DNA of 28,086 nucleotides from Acidimicrobiia bacterium (GTDB taxonomy: Bacteria; Actinomycetota; Acidimicrobiia; IMCC26256; JBBRZM01), in contig DASVIY010000306.1 of NCBI GenBank assembly GCA_036386195.1, positions 1 to 28,086 of the forward strand, written 5' to 3'. Each line of letters begins with the position of its first letter. Positions within the stretch are counted from its first letter, which is position 1. The translations under genes were made by a program, and so were the position numbers. The notes beneath the pieces are model-generated. The model was not told the origin of the DNA. It was given only the letters and a program-made list of their open reading frames with translations, and did no database searches. This document shows positions 25,704-28,086 of the stretch, in pieces.

Positions 25704-25898
25704 CTATCCCGCCTGCGTGTAGCGGGATCCGAGATAGGCGTCGACGTCGACGTCGCGCACTCGAAACGAGCGCCCGACGCGCACCGCCGGAAGGTCTCCC
25801 GCCTTAATCAGGCGATAGACCGTCATTGAGGACACCCGCAACAGCGCTGCCACCTCCTGAACCGTCAGGAAGCGCGCCTTTGCGAAGGATTGCGCCAT
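25704..25898 (-). CDS. 64-aa HTH_17 / excisionase-family DNA-binding protein (Rv0500A-like)
   Basis: FLTVQEVAALLRVSSMTVYRLIKAGDLPAVRVGRSFRV; GGAGG upstream; near proC as in other Actinobacteria. Confidence 0.88.
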   Translation of the reverse strand: MAQSFAKARFLTVQEVAALLRVSSMTVYRLIKAGDLPAVRVGRSFRVRDVDVDAYLGSRYTQAG

Positions 25899-25931
25899 GC
25901 GGTCACACCCTTCCTCCGACCCGCACGAAGG

Positions 25932-25960
25932 AGGATACGCCGGGAGGCTCCTGTTGTCTA
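25932..25960 (-). promoter_or_regulatory. Sigma70-type promoter for HTH gene (TAGACA-N17-TATCCT)
   Basis: Near-consensus -35 and -10 with exactly 17-nt spacing, 33 nt upstream of ATG. Confidence 0.7.
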
Positions 25961-25977
25961 CCGTGACCTTTGTTGCG

Positions 25978-27015
25978 TCAGCCCGATGAGGACTCGTGTT
26001 CGCTTGCACCCGCGATCGGCGCCGGCCGGCCCTCCGGTGCAGCGGGCGCGGCGGCCTCGGGAACGCGTGCGGGCCCGCCCGGCGTGTGTGCGTCTCGACC
26101 TGTACCCGGGGGATGCTCACAATCCGGGTCGAGCGCGTCGAACAGCGCCGGCAAGTGGGGCGGCACTCCGCTGAGACTCGCCGCGAACGAGGTGTCGAGG
26201 GCGAGATCGGCAAGCAGCTCGTAGCCGCCCGGCGGCTTCCCTTCACCCATGGGCACCAGACTCACGGGGAGTCCGCGCAAGGCGGCGACACCGAGCGCGA
26301 CCGCGTCGAGGTCGGCGAACGCGACCACGTCATAGCCGTCGCGGAGCGCGTGTCCGGCGAAGCCCCGGTCCGCGACCACCAGCTCAGCGCGGCCGATCGC
26401 GAACAGCATCTCGTCACCGGCTTGCAGCGCGTCGTCGGCCACGATGTCGTGGCCGTCGGTGATCACGGCAACGCCGTCGAGCCACCACAGCCGCCGGTGG
26501 CTTCGACCGGCGGCTGTGAAGCGGCCGGCATCGTCAGATGTCAAGATCCGCGCCCCGGCAGCGTGCGCCGTGCGCGCAATGCGCTGGTAGAACGACAGCA
26601 TCGACGCGGGTCGACCGGTTGCCAGCGCGATGCGACCGCCGGCGCGGCCAACATCGGCGATACGCGTGAACGCGCCGACCGCGGCCTCGACAGTGAGATC
26701 GGGGTCGATCCACGATCTCGTCGACGAGTGGTCCCAGCCCCACCTGGCGTCAAGTGCTTCGTAGACACCATCGGGAGTCAGCCCGTCGAACGGATCGAGG
26801 CCGAGCAGCACGCGCGTCTCGCCCCGCGCGACACGCCGAGCCACGTTGCTCACCTCTTCGCGTCCCATTCGGCTCGCGCCCGTGACACGCGACGACTTCA
26901 GCCGCTCACGGGGCTTGTCCTTCTTGCGGGGCGGTGGGTCGAGCAGCCGTTCGCGCTCGCGGAGCGCTTGTGGATCGGGAAGCTTGCGGGGCCGGCGTGA
27001 CTTCGGACGTCTCAT
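25978..27015 (-). CDS. Actinobacterial 'phosphatase' family-like protein (divergent) with basic N-terminal extension
   Basis: ATGA overlap with proC stop; IDPDLT, RIALATGRP, GVAV, LVVADRGFAG, VAFAD resemble by recall the family found next to the HTH gene in Streptomyces. Confidence 0.6.
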   Translation of the reverse strand: MRRPKSRRPRKLPDPQALRERERLLDPPPRKKDKPRERLKSSRVTGASRMGREEVSNVARRVARGETRVLLGLDPFDGLTPDGVYEALDARWGWDHSSTRSWIDPDLTVEAAVGAFTRIADVGRAGGRIALATGRPASMLSFYQRIARTAHAAGARILTSDDAGRFTAAGRSHRRLWWLDGVAVITDGHDIVADDALQAGDEMLFAIGRAELVVADRGFAGHALRDGYDVVAFADLDAVALGVAALRGLPVSLVPMGEGKPPGGYELLADLALDTSFAASLSGVPPHLPALFDALDPDCEHPPGTGRDAHTPGGPARVPEAAAPAAPEGRPAPIAGASEHESSSG

Positions 27016-27818
27016 TCGCCCCGCCCGAGCTCCCGCGAACGCAGGGTCGCGGCCTGCACCGCTTCGAGGAACGCGGCGCGCACGCCGTGCGTCTCGAGCG
27101 CCTGGAGTCCGGCCGCCGTGGTACCCCCCGGCGACGTCACCGCCGCGCGCAGCATCTCGGGACCTTCTTCGCCGTCAACGAGAAGTGCAGCCGCGCCGAG
27201 CAGCGTCTGGTGAACGAGCGCGGCGGCGGTCTCGCGCGGGAGCCCGACCAGCACGCCCCCTTCGGTGAGCGCTTCAGCGACGAGGAACACATAGGCAGGG
27301 CCGGAGCCGGACAGCCCCGTGACGGCGTCGAGCAGCTTCTCGGGCACCCGCACGACGAGCCCGACCGCGCCGAGCACGGCCTCTGCGAGGGCAAGGTGGG
27401 CGTCGGTTGCATAGCGCCCGGGCGCGATGGCGGCTGCGCCCTTGCGCACCAGCGCCGGGGTATTGGGCATCGCCCGCACGACGGGTCGGTCGGGCGCGGC
27501 CGCCTCGAGGGTGGCGATCGTCACGCCTGCAGCAATGGAGAGCACGAGGGCGGTCGCCGGCAACGTCTCGGCGCACGACTCCAGCGCGCTCGTGACGTCA
27601 TCAGGTTTCAGCGCGAGCACGACGATCTCCGAGTCGGCGACGGCCCAGGCCGGGCTGGGCACGACCCGTACTTTTGGATACCGCTCCTCGAGGAGGCGCC
27701 GACGCTCGGGCTCGACCTCCGCGACGGCGATGCCTTGCGCGTCCCAGTCGGCGTCGAGGAGGCCTGCGAGGAGGGCCTCGCCCATTCGGCCGCCGCCGAG
27801 CAGCGCGAGCGTCGTCAC
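27012..27818 (-). CDS. proC: Pyrroline-5-carboxylate reductase
   Basis: LGGGRMGEAL, LSIAAGV, VRAMPNTP, AVTGLSGSGPAY, VTSPGGTTAAG. Confidence 0.97.
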   Translation of the reverse strand: MTTLALLGGGRMGEALLAGLLDADWDAQGIAVAEVEPERRRLLEERYPKVRVVPSPAWAVADSEIVVLALKPDDVTSALESCAETLPATALVLSIAAGVTIATLEAAAPDRPVVRAMPNTPALVRKGAAAIAPGRYATDAHLALAEAVLGAVGLVVRVPEKLLDAVTGLSGSGPAYVFLVAEALTEGGVLVGLPRETAAALVHQTLLGAAALLVDGEEGPEMLRAAVTSPGGTTAAGLQALETHGVRAAFLEAVQAATLRSRELGRGE

Positions 27819-27825
27819 GCCCGGA

Positions 27826-27831
27826 AGGGTA
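27826..27831 (-). promoter_or_regulatory. -10 element (TACCCT) for leaderless proC
   Basis: TAnnnT 7 nt before GTG start, no SD. Confidence 0.55.
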
Positions 27832-27870
27832 ACTGCTGCTCACGCCCCGACTGACGCTGTTCGGGCGCGA

Positions 27871-27944
27871 GAAGGCCCGAGGAGTGCCTGAGGCCGTCTC
27901 GCACTTCCCCGAACGAGACCGCCCGCTGCGCTCCCCGGGCCTTC
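27871..27944. other. 74-nt long stem-loop in intergenic region
   Basis: GAAGGCCCGAGGAG pairs with CTCCCCGGGCCTTC (13/14); inner GGCCGTCTCG/CGAGACCGCC. Confidence 0.65.
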
Positions 27945-27986
27945 CATGCTCGGGCACCCGTCGGTGCCCTCAGAGACATTTAGACA

Positions 27987-28010
27987 CAACTTGACGTGTT
28001 GGTCAAGTCG
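27987..28010 (-). terminator. Hairpin over the stop codon of the upstream gene, possible terminator
   Basis: CGACTTGAC-CAACAC-GTCAAGTTG followed by TGTCTAAATGT on the minus strand. Confidence 0.4.
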
Positions 28011-28086
28011 GGGACTCCTTCGGCGCCGCGAGGGACCGCTTTCCGTACGCGAGGGCGACGATGGGCTGGAACCAGGTCTCGACGAG
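28003..28086 (-). CDS. Possible C-terminal 27 aa of an upstream gene truncated by the window edge (LVETWFQPIVALAYGKRSLAAPKESPT*)
   Basis: Open frame from window end to TGA 28003, GC3-rich codons; too short to assign. Confidence 0.4.
   Translation of the reverse strand, partial: LVETWFQPIVALAYGKRSLAAPKESPT

Noticed and set aside
25704-25898. Excisionase-like gene as sign of a prophage or integrative element
   Set aside because: No integrase, att site or phage genes; a chromosomal HTH_17 near proC is normal in Actinobacteria.
1-28086. CRISPR arrays, tRNA/rRNA genes, IS elements
   Set aside because: No regularly spaced repeats, cloverleaf/T-loop motifs or transposase ORFs seen.

Overview
High-GC actinobacterial-type chromosome segment (Acidimicrobiia-like by inference) devoted mostly to respiration. 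Minus strand, left: 5' part of a complex I operon (nuoA-B-C-D-E-F and a truncated nuoG), preceded by a MenJ-like geranylgeranyl/menaquinone reductase. Plus strand 6961-12855: an 8-gene operon for an unusual Rieske/cytochrome b complex. It has a split b6f-type cytochrome b carrying the heme c_i cysteine, a subunit IV with an APWY Qo motif and a duplicated N-terminal motif, a 2x[4Fe-4S] ferredoxin, a two-TM Tat Rieske protein, a diheme cytochrome c and three uncharacterised membrane proteins. This is the most interesting system in the window. Converging on it is rex-sirC-hemA-hemC-cobA/hemD-hemB-hemL, with a Rex operator and an apparent ATT start codon for rex. The right third holds a 7-TM protein, acyl-CoA ligase, FAD oxidoreductase, CAP-domain protein, a 30-aa small ORF, a DUF62 SAM hydrolase/halogenase-family gene lacking the usual His, an HTH_17 protein, a phosphatase-like protein and proC. 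Several intergenic palindromes and hairpins were seen. No tRNA, rRNA, CRISPR array, transposase or integrase was recognised. All assignments are by eye from motifs; no database search was run.
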